Assembly: GCA_951406725.2 (NCBI GenBank)
Contig: OX597824.1
Span: 51,956,001 to 52,020,000 of the forward strand
DNA from: Octopus vulgaris
Lineage: Eukaryota
DNA: 64,000 nt
Reading direction: 5' to 3'
Each line of letters begins with the position of its first letter. Positions within the stretch are counted from its first letter, which is position 1. Positions 12,493 through 25,202 of the stretch are shown here, one piece after another. Both the position numbers and the translations under genes were made by a program. A model generated the notes under the pieces. That model did not search any database and was not told where the DNA came from. It was given only the letters and a program-made list of their open reading frames with translations.

Positions 12493-12610
12493 AGGCCTGC
12501 TCGCTTAGCCAGCGGGGTGGCGTCGTTCGAAGGCTAAAACAATGCGAACGCATTGTGACCAGCGATGTGTAACAACATATGATGGTCTGGTCGGTCACGT
12601 GATCACGTGA
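12493..12610 (+). mobile_element. 5'-truncated SINE family A ('tail 1' only)
   Basis: ggcctgctcgcttagccagcggggtggcgtc...cattgtgaccagcgatgtgt...ggtcacgtgatcacgtga, as in 52349-52462. Confidence 0.9.
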
Positions 12611-12636
12611 TATGTATATATATATATATATGTATG

Positions 12637-12699
<63 letters not shown>

Positions 12700-13111
12700 T
12701 GGGCTTTGCTTTTGGCATTGAGAAACAAAATTCTTTTCCCAGTATTTTTTGGGTGGGGGCGGGTTATTTTTTTCCCACATTTACGCTTGAGTTGCTTACA
12801 ATTAGTTTAGGGGTAGGGTTTGAAATTCATCGTCAATGTTTGTATACACCCTCACAATTTCATTTTCTGGATGAAGTAGTTAATTCAATTTAATTTTTAA
12901 TTGCGTCATATTAAATTTGTAGAATATGTAGATCTGTATAAATTTGTTTTGTCGCTAAGTAAATTGTTTATTTTGCTAACATATTTGCTTTTAGTCATCG
13001 ATACAAACATTTTACACTCGTAACTGTTACGTTATTTTCTTTCAAAACAGAGCTTGTTTGAGCCTTACCTTAGGCATTGTGTTATTGTGTGTGTGTGTGA
13101 GAGAGAGAGAG

Positions 13112-13320
13112 ATTTCAAATTTTGGCATAATTTCAGCAACTTTAGGGAGAGGGTAAGTCGGTGACATCGATCTCAGTACTTAACTGGTGCTTATTTTATC
13201 GGCCCGAAAGGATGAAAGGAAAAGTCGAACTCGTCGCATTTTAACTCAGAATGCAAAGCCTGAGAAATGCGCTAAGCATTTTGTCTGACATACTAACGAT
13301 TCTGCCTGCTCACCGCCTTA
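13112..13320 (-). mobile_element. SINE family B, diverged
   Basis: Matches the 5255-5486 head and Nin-like block (gaaaggatgaaagg.aaagtcga, ctaacgattctgcc). Confidence 0.8.
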
Positions 13321-13489
13321 TGAGATATATTTATTAAAAATACACAAGCAACACAAAGTGTAGACAAGAAATAAACAGATAAAGAAAGCTCTCATAAATC
13401 AGAACACAAATACCAAACCGTAAAATGACACTAATAAGATACGGCAGAAAACAATAAACTTTAAACGAAAAACCTTCTTGTCAATCACT

Positions 13490-13630
13490 AACCACCTGTA
13501 GGCAAAGCTACCATCATGCTAATAAAGACAATCAATGTAAGTTACAAATTTGTTTGTAAACTTTCAAGTTTTTAACCAATACCAAACGAAATTTTATATT
13601 GGTCATACAAGTCTCACGACCCCCGACCAT
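13490..13630 (+). mobile_element. Possible Penelope GIY-YIG endonuclease remnant
   Basis: NVSYKFVC...KFYIGHT across a frameshift. Confidence 0.4.
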
Positions 13631-13803
13631 TTACTTCAGGGATCAATTGAAATACACTTCACCGTACAACACAAAAATAACTCGATAAAAGATGCAGTAA
13701 ACAATATAATTATAATGTACAGAATTTCTAAAATAGATGATGGAAACGATGCTCATAGTAATGCACGTGAAAATAAAATGGATAACAGACAATTACCTTA
13801 CGA

Positions 13804-13849
<46 letters not shown>

Positions 13850-14861
13850 ACACACACATTGGGGCATTCATAGAACAGTTATTGGTATCTATTGCTGCCT
13901 TATATTTCATAAAATAAAGCCAATATGTTGGTACCAGACCTGACTGACAGAACGAAATTCTTAAGACATCAGTCAGAATTATTATTTGTTTGTGACTGGT
14001 ATATGATATCTACGTATGTGTGTTCTATCTGTCTGATATTATGAGTAATGCTTCTATCATTTATAGTTTATTTGTTTTTTGTGCGGAATTTTGTTATCTA
14101 TAGAAGTATTTTATTCTCTTTTTTTTTCAGATTTAGTTGTTTGGTGCAGTTATATTTGCATTTGCCCTTGTTCCGGTGGTTGAGTGTCGTACATGTATGG
14201 CTAATTGTTAGAATTATCAAGTTTGTATCTTTCGTATTTGCAATCGTTATAATCATTTAGATTGGTAATCTGTACCTTCTCAGGTTCACATGTTATGATT
14301 TGTTGTTGATAAGAAGGTTTGAATCTTACTGTTTTTGAAGTATGTTATTAGTGCTAGCTAGATTATCATTTGGTGTAATATATTTTGTATTTCATTTTAA
14401 AAGGTCTTTATAATGTACCTCTTGTTGAGTTTTTATAATGTGTCCATCTATTCAATATGCATTCGGTTTGTGGAATGTATTTTATAGTAAAACAATAGAA
14501 ATCTTATATAATGTATGCAAATGCTCCAAAATGAAATCTCCTACTGTACCAGCTAATATACTAAAAGAAAAAGTGTATTGAAGAGCATAGAGTACACATT
14601 CACTATCTACAAAAAGAAACATATGACTATAAAATGTAGTAACTATAAGTTCTTCTTTCGAGACCACACTCACCGCATTCCATGTGGCAACATTTAAGAA
14701 AAATACATAAAGATGATTTAGTCTAGGTGGGTGGATGATACATTCGTCTTAATAGGTACATGAACGTAATACTGATAGAATAGCACAACACTAAAATAAA
14801 CACACAAACAAGAGTACACATCAGTCACAAAGGCAAATAAACAACTTCCTGATTACATATA

Positions 14862-14968
14862 CTGTGGCCTAGTGGTTAAGGTATTAGATTTACGATCGTG
14901 TAATCATGGTTTTGATATCCGGTCCGGGTGGCGTATTTGTTCTTGAGCAAGATATTACCTTTCACTCA
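14862..14968 (+). mobile_element. tRNA/CORE-like SINE head
   Basis: tggcctagtggttaagg (A box), decayed B box, tcttgagcaag. Confidence 0.65.
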
Positions 14969-15486
14969 ACCGAGATAGCAGCAGCAGTAGCAGCGGCAGC
15001 GGTGGCAAAGTGGGTGGGGGGGCTAATCTTTTAACGGATTGGTGTTCAGTCTAGGTTTTTCATGATTAGAAAGAGTGCAAGCTCGGCTCTATCTGTGTTA
15101 TAGAAATCTTATTATGATAGCACGTGCATTCCCATTGATCTCGTACAATGATGCCGCCGCTGCTGCTGCTGATGATGATGGCATAAGTCTAATGAATATT
15201 CAAATTATGGCTGTAGCATTCACGCCTGTCACATGGCCCTGCCTACTATAAAGAGATAGTAATACCTGCTAACATCCCTTCATCATGAAGATAAGACTGT
15301 GACGATCAAGAAGCATAAATGGTGAATTTAGCGACTTTACGGTTCCTCCAAGCCTGCAAGGATTCTTGCTATAATATAAACAAAAACTTTGACAAGTATA
15401 TACTAATATAACTGGAACTCAGACTTGTATTCACTATATGTCAAAAGCTTGGCTCCCGGTCACTTTTGTACTATTTCCGCCAATTA

Positions 15487-15526
<40 letters not shown>

Positions 15527-16126
15527 ACACATACTTTCTCTGTTTGTCTGTCTGTCTGTCTGTCTCTCTCTTTCTTAACACACACACACACACACAGACA
15601 TACACACAGACACACACACACAGACACACACACATACACACGTACACACATATCGTTATAGGTATTTCTAGATATTTTTATAACAGAAACAGATGTGATA
15701 TAGAGACATACCAAACACACCTACACACAACTATGTATATTTATAAATAAATATGTAGAGGTGAGATGAATGACGAGAGACAGGACCCCAAAGTTGACTG
15801 GGGAATCTTTCGGTGAGGGTAGGCTTCGAAATTCTTTATATGATTATCGATTTTACATTTTCTGTATTATTTTCTAAACAGTTATCCAATAAGTTCTTTC
15901 CTTTCAATTATGTCTTATTAGTGTTCTACTTTTCAACTTAATATTTTCTTACACTGGTGATCTATTCACGAGAATAAAGGCAAGTTAGAGTTGCCATCGA
16001 ATCTAATATCTATGTATGTATGTATGTATATGTATATGTGTACATATAAATAAATAAATATATATATATGTGTGTGTGTTTGTACATATAAATATATATA
16101 TATATGTATATGTATATATATATATG

Positions 16127-16195
<69 letters not shown>

Positions 16196-16260
16196 CAGGA
16201 TTCTTTCGGCTTTTGCCTTTGAAATCCAATCAGAAGGATTTAGTCGACCCGAGGCGACAT

Positions 16261-16362
<102 letters not shown>

Positions 16363-16514
16363 CGTGTGTGTGCGTGTGCGTGCGTGTGTGTTTGTGTGAG
16401 TGTGTACCTATAATCTAATCGGGGTGATGTTTTAGAGCCTGTTCGGCGGCTCTAAAATGATATCATGTAGTATTTAATTGTACCTATGGTATGTATGTAT
16501 GTCTATATGTATGT

Positions 16515-17290
16515 CATTATTTAGTATTATTTCAAAATTTCTTGCCAATAGAGAAAGAGCCGGTTTTAAACCTAAACCCAAAACTTCTTCATTGCAATTG
16601 CAACATCAAAAGGATATTTTCGTATGTATGTATGTATGTATGTATGCATATATGCATGTATGCATGTGTCTATGTATACATTCAGATTTGTATGTTTTTG
16701 TTTTTGTTTTGTGTATGTATTCTCATGCATATAGTTGCATATCTAGACATGATCATATATACTTAAATGACAAATTTCTAGAAAGTTTTACAGATTTTTA
16801 CAGTTCCAGTGATAGCTTGAATCTATCTTCGAATCAGCTTTCTCTTATGGTTTTGGGAAGCCTAATTTCCCAAGATTGACATTTAGTCAGTGTATTGCAT
16901 ATTCCAGTGCCCCAATAATTACAGGTATAAATATGAATTTATAATCTGGATAGAGTAATTTCCGATTTCTTAATAGTTCAGCATAGGTATTCAGTTTTTC
17001 GCTGATCTTCAGCTTTATGTTAACATCCACTGGGCAGCTAATTTCCACAACTGTACAGAGTTTCTCTTCTCTATCCAAAATCAGACCTGTTGTGCTTACA
17101 TTCTATTTAGGTTTTCACCGGGACATTCCACTAGTACTCCTTTTAATTATGAGTGGTTATGGCTTCTACCATACTGTGGGTTCTTATTTCTTTGTTCTCG
17201 GGGTTATCCTTTCGGAGGATTCAATATATAATTCCTAGCTACAACATCATATCACATCGGTAGATTATATCGTGATGACATTTTCGGACA
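16515..17290 (-). mobile_element. R4/Dong LINE 3' fragment (zinc-knuckle end, RLE, 3' UTR) flanked by (ACAT)n
   Basis: CPKMSSRYNLPM*YDVVAR; DREEKLCTVVEISCPVDVNIKLKISEKLNTYAELL...FIPVIIGAL; ATGT-type repeats at 16488-16514 and 17291-17430. Confidence 0.88.
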
Positions 17291-17517
17291 ATGTATGTAT
17301 GTGTATGTATGTATGTATGTATGTATGTATGTATGTATGTATGTATGTATGTATGTATGTATGTATGTTTGTATGTATGTATGTATGTATGTATATATGT
17401 ATGTATGTATGTATGTATTAATGTATGTATGTATGAATGCATGCATGCATGCAATTATGTATGTATGCACGCATAATGCATACAAGCATGCATATATACA
17501 TACAGACACACACACAT

Positions 17518-17549
<32 letters not shown>

Positions 17550-17562
17550 GTGTATATAATTT

Positions 17563-17690
17563 ACAGAAAACAAAAAACGAAGACAGGTTTAGAAAGGACA
17601 AGCAGGTGTATTAGTTTAACGATCGGGAACAATGGAAAAGTCTATTACGTTTCGAGCCTATGCTCTTCGATAGATGGGATTAAGAAGTAA
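17563..17690 (-). mobile_element. Short HHR-bearing cassette, A6U family
   Basis: Minus strand CTATCGA-a-gagc-atag-gctc-GAA-acgt-A at 17641-17678; downstream sequence shared with 44340-44450 and 51575-51710. Confidence 0.7.
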
Positions 17691-18419
17691 AAATAAACGG
17701 AGCGAAAGTAAAAAAAAAAAAAAAAAAAAAAAAACCGAGAGAGAAAAATGTGTAGAAATTAAAGGTTCAACATGATAAAATGGAATATTTTGAACTTCTT
17801 TCTTTTAACATCGCAAATATTCGATCTCTTCCTTGAAGACGGAGGCTCGTCTCATCCTACGATGGAATCAATCTACAAGCATTATTTTGGACCAACGAGC
17901 CCCCAGAAACAGCTGTTGCATTTGTCATACCTCTCTTCAACCCCGTTGATTCTCTATATTGTCTGCATTCTATGTAAGTCAGACCCTTATCTATGCAAAC
18001 ATATATACATTTTGTTTTTCATGTATTTAATATAATTTATATATTGACCTGCCTAACTTGCTTATCACTACATTTACTTTTATACCCGCTCAAGTTGAAA
18101 TTTCTTGAGCACTACTAAGTGTTTTCTATACGAAGAATAATTAGATTCCCATCTATGAGCTATATATGTATGTATAAATAAAAGTGTATGTGTGTATGTG
18201 TGATGAGTGTGTGTGTGTGTGTGTACGTGTGTACACACACAAGGCACTACGCACACACCTTCCTTCCAGTTCTACTTTCCCTCATAGAATAGCATTCCCA
18301 CATTTTCAAACTTTTGATCCTCCTTTTTCCCTGCTTATTTCTATCTCTCTCTCTCTCTTCCTCCCCACCTCTCACTATGTCTTTCTCTCTCTCTCTCTCT
18401 CTGACTCTGATTCTTTTTA

Positions 18420-18500
18420 TTGATGAAGGCCTAAAGTCCGAAACGTTGAGTGACTTCCTCTTTCAGTTAAAGCTATAAACTAATACAATGTTTGTTGAAC
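18420..18500 (+). mobile_element. Short cassette with a decayed HHR
   Basis: TTGATGA-a-ggcc-taaa-gtcc-GAA-acgt-T, followed by taaactaataca shared with the 44340 cassette. Confidence 0.6.
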
Positions 18501-19130
18501 GTGTCCCTTTATGCATTTCTCTTTTTAATGTTTATTGCAGTCACATTATGTGTGTGTGGGTGTGTGTGTGTATGTGTGTGCGCGCACACGCATGTATGCA
18601 TGTATGTGTATATATATATATTTATATTCTACATCCTTATCTGAAAAAAATGCATACTTTTCTACATGTAAATTCCTACATGCCCACAAAAAATGCACAT
18701 ATACGTACATATGTATGAAAACATATGCACATATAAAACCTGTCAGTTTTAATATTTTAATATACACTAAAACATCTAAATAAATAACGATGAGGATATC
18801 CATTCACATATATAGACATGCATGCATGTACGTATACACATGCATATATACATATGCTTACACATACAGCTATACTTACACATAATCATATGTGCACACA
18901 GAGAAATATTTTCAGGAAAACATATCAATAGAAAACATTTAAACGTACGTACATATGCATGTATACATATGTATATAAATGTATGTACATACACACACAC
19001 ATACACACACATATGCATGTACATATAAATTCACATACGCACACGCTTGCGCACACACATATATACATACCTATATAAGTGTGTGTATTTTGATTGCTGT
19101 GTACTTATGTGTGCAGGCGTAAATAAACAT

Positions 19131-19363
19131 ACTCTTTTACTCTTTTACTTGTTTCAGTCATTTGAGCAAATCGGCCACAAGATATATTCTTTGTAAGCCT
19201 AGTACTTATTCTATCGGTCGCTTTACGGGGACGTAAACACACCAGCATCGGTTGTCAAGCGATGTTGGGGGGACAAGCACAGATACACAAACAAATATAC
19301 ACACACACATACATATATATATATCGGGCCTATGAACCTGGCTAGCCTTTAAAAGGACGCATT

Positions 19364-19402
<39 letters not shown>

Positions 19403-19540
19403 TATACGACGGGCTTCTTTCAGTTTTCGTCTACCAAATCCGCTCACAAGGTTGTGTCGGCCCGAAACTACAGTAGAAGACACTTTCCCAAGGTGCCACG
19501 CAGTGAACCCGGAACCATTTGGTTAGTAAGCAAGCTACTT
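19131..19540 (-). mobile_element. SINE family C, near full length, with internal microsatellite
   Basis: Tail actcttttacttgtttcagtcatttg; head gacgggcttctttcagt...ccaaggtgccacgcagt...caagctactt. Confidence 0.9.
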
Positions 19541-21176
19541 TATTTCATAAATATTTGCCATGAAGGCATTACAAAGAGGGGACGAACAAGAACAAAGATA
19601 AAAGGGTGAAGTAGCTGTAGCGATTAAATATTTACAATTTAAAATTTACAATAATTTAATAAATATGTTTATAACTTTTGACTTAAGCGTTGCTCATTAC
19701 AAATGAAATTTGTAATGGTTTCTCTGAAGGATAGGCATCCGACCACCAGGGTAGACCCCTTGCTTTTTCTTTCCTGTTTTTGGCTTCCACTTACCAGGTG
19801 TCAAACACTCCCAGCTTCCTCGCCACAGGCTTCCATCTTCGCATGAATCTGTCTCGTGACAGGTACCTTTTCTCCAGCCTGATCTTATTACTGAGGTGGT
19901 AACTAAAAAAGTTAACCAACCCCTGGCCGGATATAAAGGTACCCGACACTATGCCTCTCACACGCGTCTTCCATACTGTTTCTTTCAGTATGGCTACTAT
20001 GCAGAAAAAGCAAGCCTTCCTTTCCCTGTTAAGGGAAGGAGAAGGCAACATCTCGATGATAGATTCAGTTGATAGCTGTACTCTTCCCATCGATGACAAC
20101 AGTTGCTCTGCGAAAACTATCAGTCCCGTTAATTCCGGACACTCCACAAATACGTGCAAGACGGTTTCCCTGTCCTGCCCGCACCTCGGACATGTCGGCG
20201 AGACGGCACTTCCGTGCCTTGACAGTTTATCACGAACAGGTAACGCCGCACGGAAGCACTGCCAAGCCAGAGATTTCTGGTAATTGTCCAGATACCCCGG
20301 CCCGAAAGTTCTCCGGAAGAGGTTGATTAACTGATTTTCATCGTAGCCCATGATCTCCCCCAAGGCGTCTTCGGACTTAACCTCCACTAACCCACTATAG
20401 AAATCCGCGGTGGAACTCTGGTTGCAGGCATTTCCCGCCCGAGAGAGTAGCTGAAGTGCCTGGCGGCACTCCAATTGCCAGTACCCCAGCCTAGGTCTCT
20501 GCTTGATCCAATTACCAATGTCCGTTAAGAACGTTAATTGCGGAAGGTAGAACCGAACGTGCGGTGACCACACCTGCTCTCCATCCAGGTAAAACCAGAG
20601 GTGCCTCAACCTTAACGCGAATTTTCGCATCCTCAGCCAAGGCATCCCTAGCCCACCCTTTAGCGATTTCTAGCAGCAGACAGAGCGCTTCACGTGTGGC
20701 TTTCCTCCCTTCCACAAAAAGTGGAAAAGGATTCTCTCCAACTTGTTCAGCCACAAATCGGGGCAAGGCACCACGGTCAGGCGGTAGGTGATAACCGATG
20801 CTATAAACATCTGCACCCCTCCGCCTTTCCTAGCAAGGATAACGCCCGCCCAGACCAGGTCTGGGTTAGAGCAGTCACCTTGCTGGCCACTTCACTCCAA
20901 TTTTTCTCTATCTGGAGGTCTGGCCCGAACCAGACTCCGAGCAGCTTAACAGGACCTTCAGTTCAACGCCTCACGACGTTATTGGACGGCATCGGCTTGC
21001 CCCTCCAGGTGCCGAGCTGCAAACCAATTGACTTGTCCTTGTTAACCTTTGCTCCTGCCACCGCCTCGTAACTTTTGATAGCTTCTTCCACCACTGGAAG
21101 CTGGCCCTCGTCCGCCACGATGATTGAGATGTCATCCGCGTACGCCGTCTTAGCTCCTCTTCCACACCATAGATCA
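19539..21176 (-). mobile_element. Tx1-clade (L1 group) LINE, 5'-truncated (copy A)
   Basis: RT AYADD at about 21131-21145; ORF 19791-20645 has the zf-RVT motif WQCFRAALPVRDKL...CPRCGQDRETVLH...C; AATAAA at the 3' end; homologous to 26181-27620. Confidence 0.93.
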
Positions 21177-21196
21177 TGTGCCTATGTACAAATACG

Positions 21197-21239
<43 letters not shown>

Positions 21240-21269
21240 TACATATATATATATATATATATATCAATG

Positions 21270-21452
21270 TGTGTATGTGCCTGTCTTGTCCCTCATCACT
21301 ACTTGACAAACAGTGTTTGTGTGTCCCCGTGCCTAACCAGTTCTATAAAAGTAACCTAAGCTTTAAAAATTCTGGCGTCGATTTGTTCCACTAAAACTTT
21401 TCAAGGTAGTGCCCCAGCATGGCCGCAGTCAAATGATGGAAACAAGTAAAAA
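21270..21452 (+). mobile_element. SINE family C, 3' half, diverged
   Basis: cttgacaaacagtg...gccccagcatggccgcagtcaaatgatggaaacaagtaaaa. Confidence 0.75.
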
Positions 21453-22149
21453 AAAACTATAAGCATATTACTCAAGTTAGTTTAAATGTGTAAATGTTCT
21501 CGCAAGAGTAGTGAAAAATCCCGCTAGTTTAGTGAGAACGTCTCGTAAATTTGTGTTAATATTCCACTCCTGTTAGAAAGACATTTCTCTCAGCACAATA
21601 AGGCCCCTAGCAAAGCAATGCACAGCAACACCTGTATATACAACCTATGCCACAGTATACATTAGATTAACGTTAAAGGCTCTAGTCTATTAGGAGTCCC
21701 TGGGTAAATACCCAGTTAGCCTTGCTTTAAGACAGAACTACGTGATTAGAGTGAATGTAATATGCCCCAGGAATTGCACTGCGTGTGCCGCCTCTCTGTT
21801 GTAAATTGAATGAGAAAATATTCTCGATTCCGTTCATTTCAGTGGGTTAGACAAGTACTTTAGACTGTTGATTCCTCGCCTTTAGAAATACTCCAGCAAC
21901 GCCACCTTTGCTACAATTTGACAAAATTTAACTCATCAAATGTATATTTTCGTCCGCATGCGTTGGCGCGCGTGCGCGCGCACACGCACGCACACACACA
22001 CATACACACACACACGTAAGGATGTGACATAACGCTATAGGTGCAGGGGTCGCCTTGTAAGTATGGAAATGCCCACAAATTTTGACAATGTCTTCTAAAT
22101 TTTGCTTTACTTTGTTGTTTATAACTTACACGCCTGGAGCATATATGCT

Positions 22150-22532
22150 GTGTGGAGGCACAATGGCCCAGTGGTTAAGGCAGCGGACTCGCGGTCGTGG
22201 GATCGTGGTTTCGATTCCCAGACCTGGCGTTGTAAGTGTTTATTGAGCGAAAACACCTAAAGTTCCACGAAGCTCCGGCAGGGAGTGGTGGCGAACTCTG
22301 TTGTACTCTTTCACCACAACTTTCTCTCACTCTTTCTTCCTGTTTCTGTTGTATCTGTATTTCAAAGGGCCAGCCTGTCACACGTTGTGTCACGCTGAAT
22401 CTCCCCGAGAACTACGTTAAAGGTACACGTGTCCGTAGAGTGCTCAGTCAATTACAGGTTAATTTCACGAGCAGGCTGTTCCGTTTATCGGATCAACTGG
22501 AACCCTCGCCGTCGTAACCGACGTAGTGCCAC
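22150..22532 (+). mobile_element. SINE family A head with 'tail 2' (possibly OR1/OR2-related octopus SINE)
   Basis: A box tggcccagtgg, B box ggtttcgattccc; head near-identical to 52158; tail shared with 1971-2290. Confidence 0.88.
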
Positions 22533-23318
22533 GATATATGTTACTATGTTATTTATTCTGTGCTTATTCATCTTTCGACGCCTATCATTATTGGTTGATC
22601 CTGTTTAATTTAATTGTGACTAATAATCAGTTTATCATAATTATTCATTTAATTTCTTAAAAAAAAAAGAAACAAATAGAAACAAAGACAGCAAAAGAAG
22701 AAAAAACTGTGCGAATGCATCTATCGCCTGGTACTACAATCCCCTTTATCATTGTACCCATATAAGCTACCCACCCCACCCAATCTCCTGGGGGCTGGAC
22801 CGTCCACTCTGACAAGCACTGAATTACACATGTGTATTATCAATCTGACTCAGTGATATTATTGATACCCATCCAAAGCTGATCAACAATATTGATCTCA
22901 TGCAAGTGGAGTGCAGATAACCCTGCTGCCTTCATGTCATTAACCTTTCATAAGCATTGATTCACTATCGCTGCTAACTTGAAAACTTTTCAAGTTTATT
23001 GTTGATATGACGAATTTCCATTAACCCAATATCAAGCAGAGCTATGATAAAAACCAATCAGTTCGTAAACATCTGGTATTTTATTCTTCAAATACTACTT
23101 TTAAGGCTACGGTATCTAATGTGCTCCCAAATTCTTTAAACAGGAAATAAACTGATTTGAGAGAAATTTGGCTACCGTTTCTGGCGAGTGGAGTGACGTA
23201 GTCTAGGTACATGAATAACTATGGTGAGACAGTCATCGATCAGACGTAAAATGTTGAATATCATCTAACTCTGAATGATTTTTCAGTAGCAAATTAAAAG
23301 ATCTTGGCTTAGCACTGG

Positions 23319-23419
<101 letters not shown>

Positions 23420-23661
23420 ACTGTGTCTGTCTGTCTATCTATCAGTCAATTAGTCTGCCTACTAAGCTCAATCTTTTAAGTTCATATTATGCATGCATAT
23501 GTATATGGGTATGTGAAAGTATGTATGCGTCTGTGTGTCTGTTTATCCAAATACTGTACACGCATATATATCTGTGTTTAATTATATAAATATATTTTTA
23601 TAAGTTTATATAAATATCTGTATATGGGTGCGTATAAGTAAGAAGGCATGTACATTCATGA

Positions 23662-23742
<81 letters not shown>

Positions 23743-23774
23743 CATAAATACATATATATACATACATACATACA

Positions 23775-23810
<36 letters not shown>

Positions 23811-23988
23811 TATGTATATAGATATACATAGATACACAGATAGACACACACACACACATATATATATACATATATATATACATGTACATATATATATACA
23901 TATATATATATATACATAAATACATATATATACATACATACATATATATATATAGATATACATAGATACACAGATAGATACACACACT

Positions 23989-24043
<55 letters not shown>

Positions 24044-24221
24044 GTACATATGAATATATATATATACACACACACACACATATATGTATATGTATGTATG
24101 TTATATTATAAACACACGTATAAATATATATCGAGAGAGATAGAGTGATAGATATAGATAGAAATTTATGTATTGATCTCCGATATAAATATATATATAT
24201 ATATGTGTGTGTGTGTGTATG

Positions 24222-24254
<33 letters not shown>

Positions 24255-24907
24255 GTATATATATGTGTATGTGTGTGTGTGTGTGTGCACACACACATTC
24301 ATTCATAGACAGTTAGATAGATAACTAGATATATAATGTAGATATATAATTCGTGCACGTGTGTATCTTTATATATAATTGCGCAAGGGAGCATGTATAC
24401 ATTTATAACACAATGATTCGCCCCGTACATCGGATATAGAAACGAAATATTTGAGAAATTTTGAAACAAACGTGTTGGAGCATTGACACACCCACTCATT
24501 CCTTCATTCGAGTTTGTATATATCCAACTGCATCTACGCATCCATATATATGCTTGCACGCCCACACGCGCACACGCATACACACACACACACAAATATA
24601 TACACAAACACACACACACATAAACAAATACATACGTATATTATACACCTAAATACATACGTAAAAACATACACACACCCATACACGAAGCGTATAAGTA
24701 AATACTCAAGCAGAAATGAAATTCAAAAATAAATAAAAGAAGATTCTTATCGAAACTGAAATGTTTGTTTCTTGTTAATGTGTTGAGAAGTTGATTCAGT
24801 GCTCACCGAAGTTTAAAGGAAAATCGATAAAATCTAATTGATACCCATGCATGCGTACACGCACACACACAGATACACACACACAGATATACATACATAC
24901 ATACATA

Positions 24908-24946
<39 letters not shown>

Positions 24947-24977
24947 AAATCAAGATGAGATAAGTTCGTGTCAGTGA

Positions 24978-25042
24978 GTGCTACAGTTTCGGCCGAGACA
25001 CGCCTGCCGACGCTGACTTTAGCTACTTTCATCGGACTTTAG
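24978..25042 (-). ncRNA. Weak hammerhead-like motif (CCGATGA core)
   Basis: Minus strand CCGATGA...GAAActgTA; stems pair poorly. Confidence 0.25.
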
Positions 25043-25074
25043 TCATTAGTTGTTTACTCTGCTACTCATGTGCA

Positions 25075-25175
<101 letters not shown>

Positions 25176-25202
25176 GCCTGTCTGTCTGTCTGTCTGCTTA
25201 TC

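Noticed and set aside
16428-16460. GTTTTAGAGC, matching the start of the type II-A CRISPR repeat, within a 10-bp inverted repeat
   Set aside because: Single occurrence, no repeat-spacer array, no cas genes, eukaryotic context
22150-22226. tRNA-like sequences with A and B boxes (also at 52158, 50490, 31600, 14862)
   Set aside because: Cloverleaf stems are imperfect and each continues into a SINE body, so these are SINE heads rather than tRNA genes
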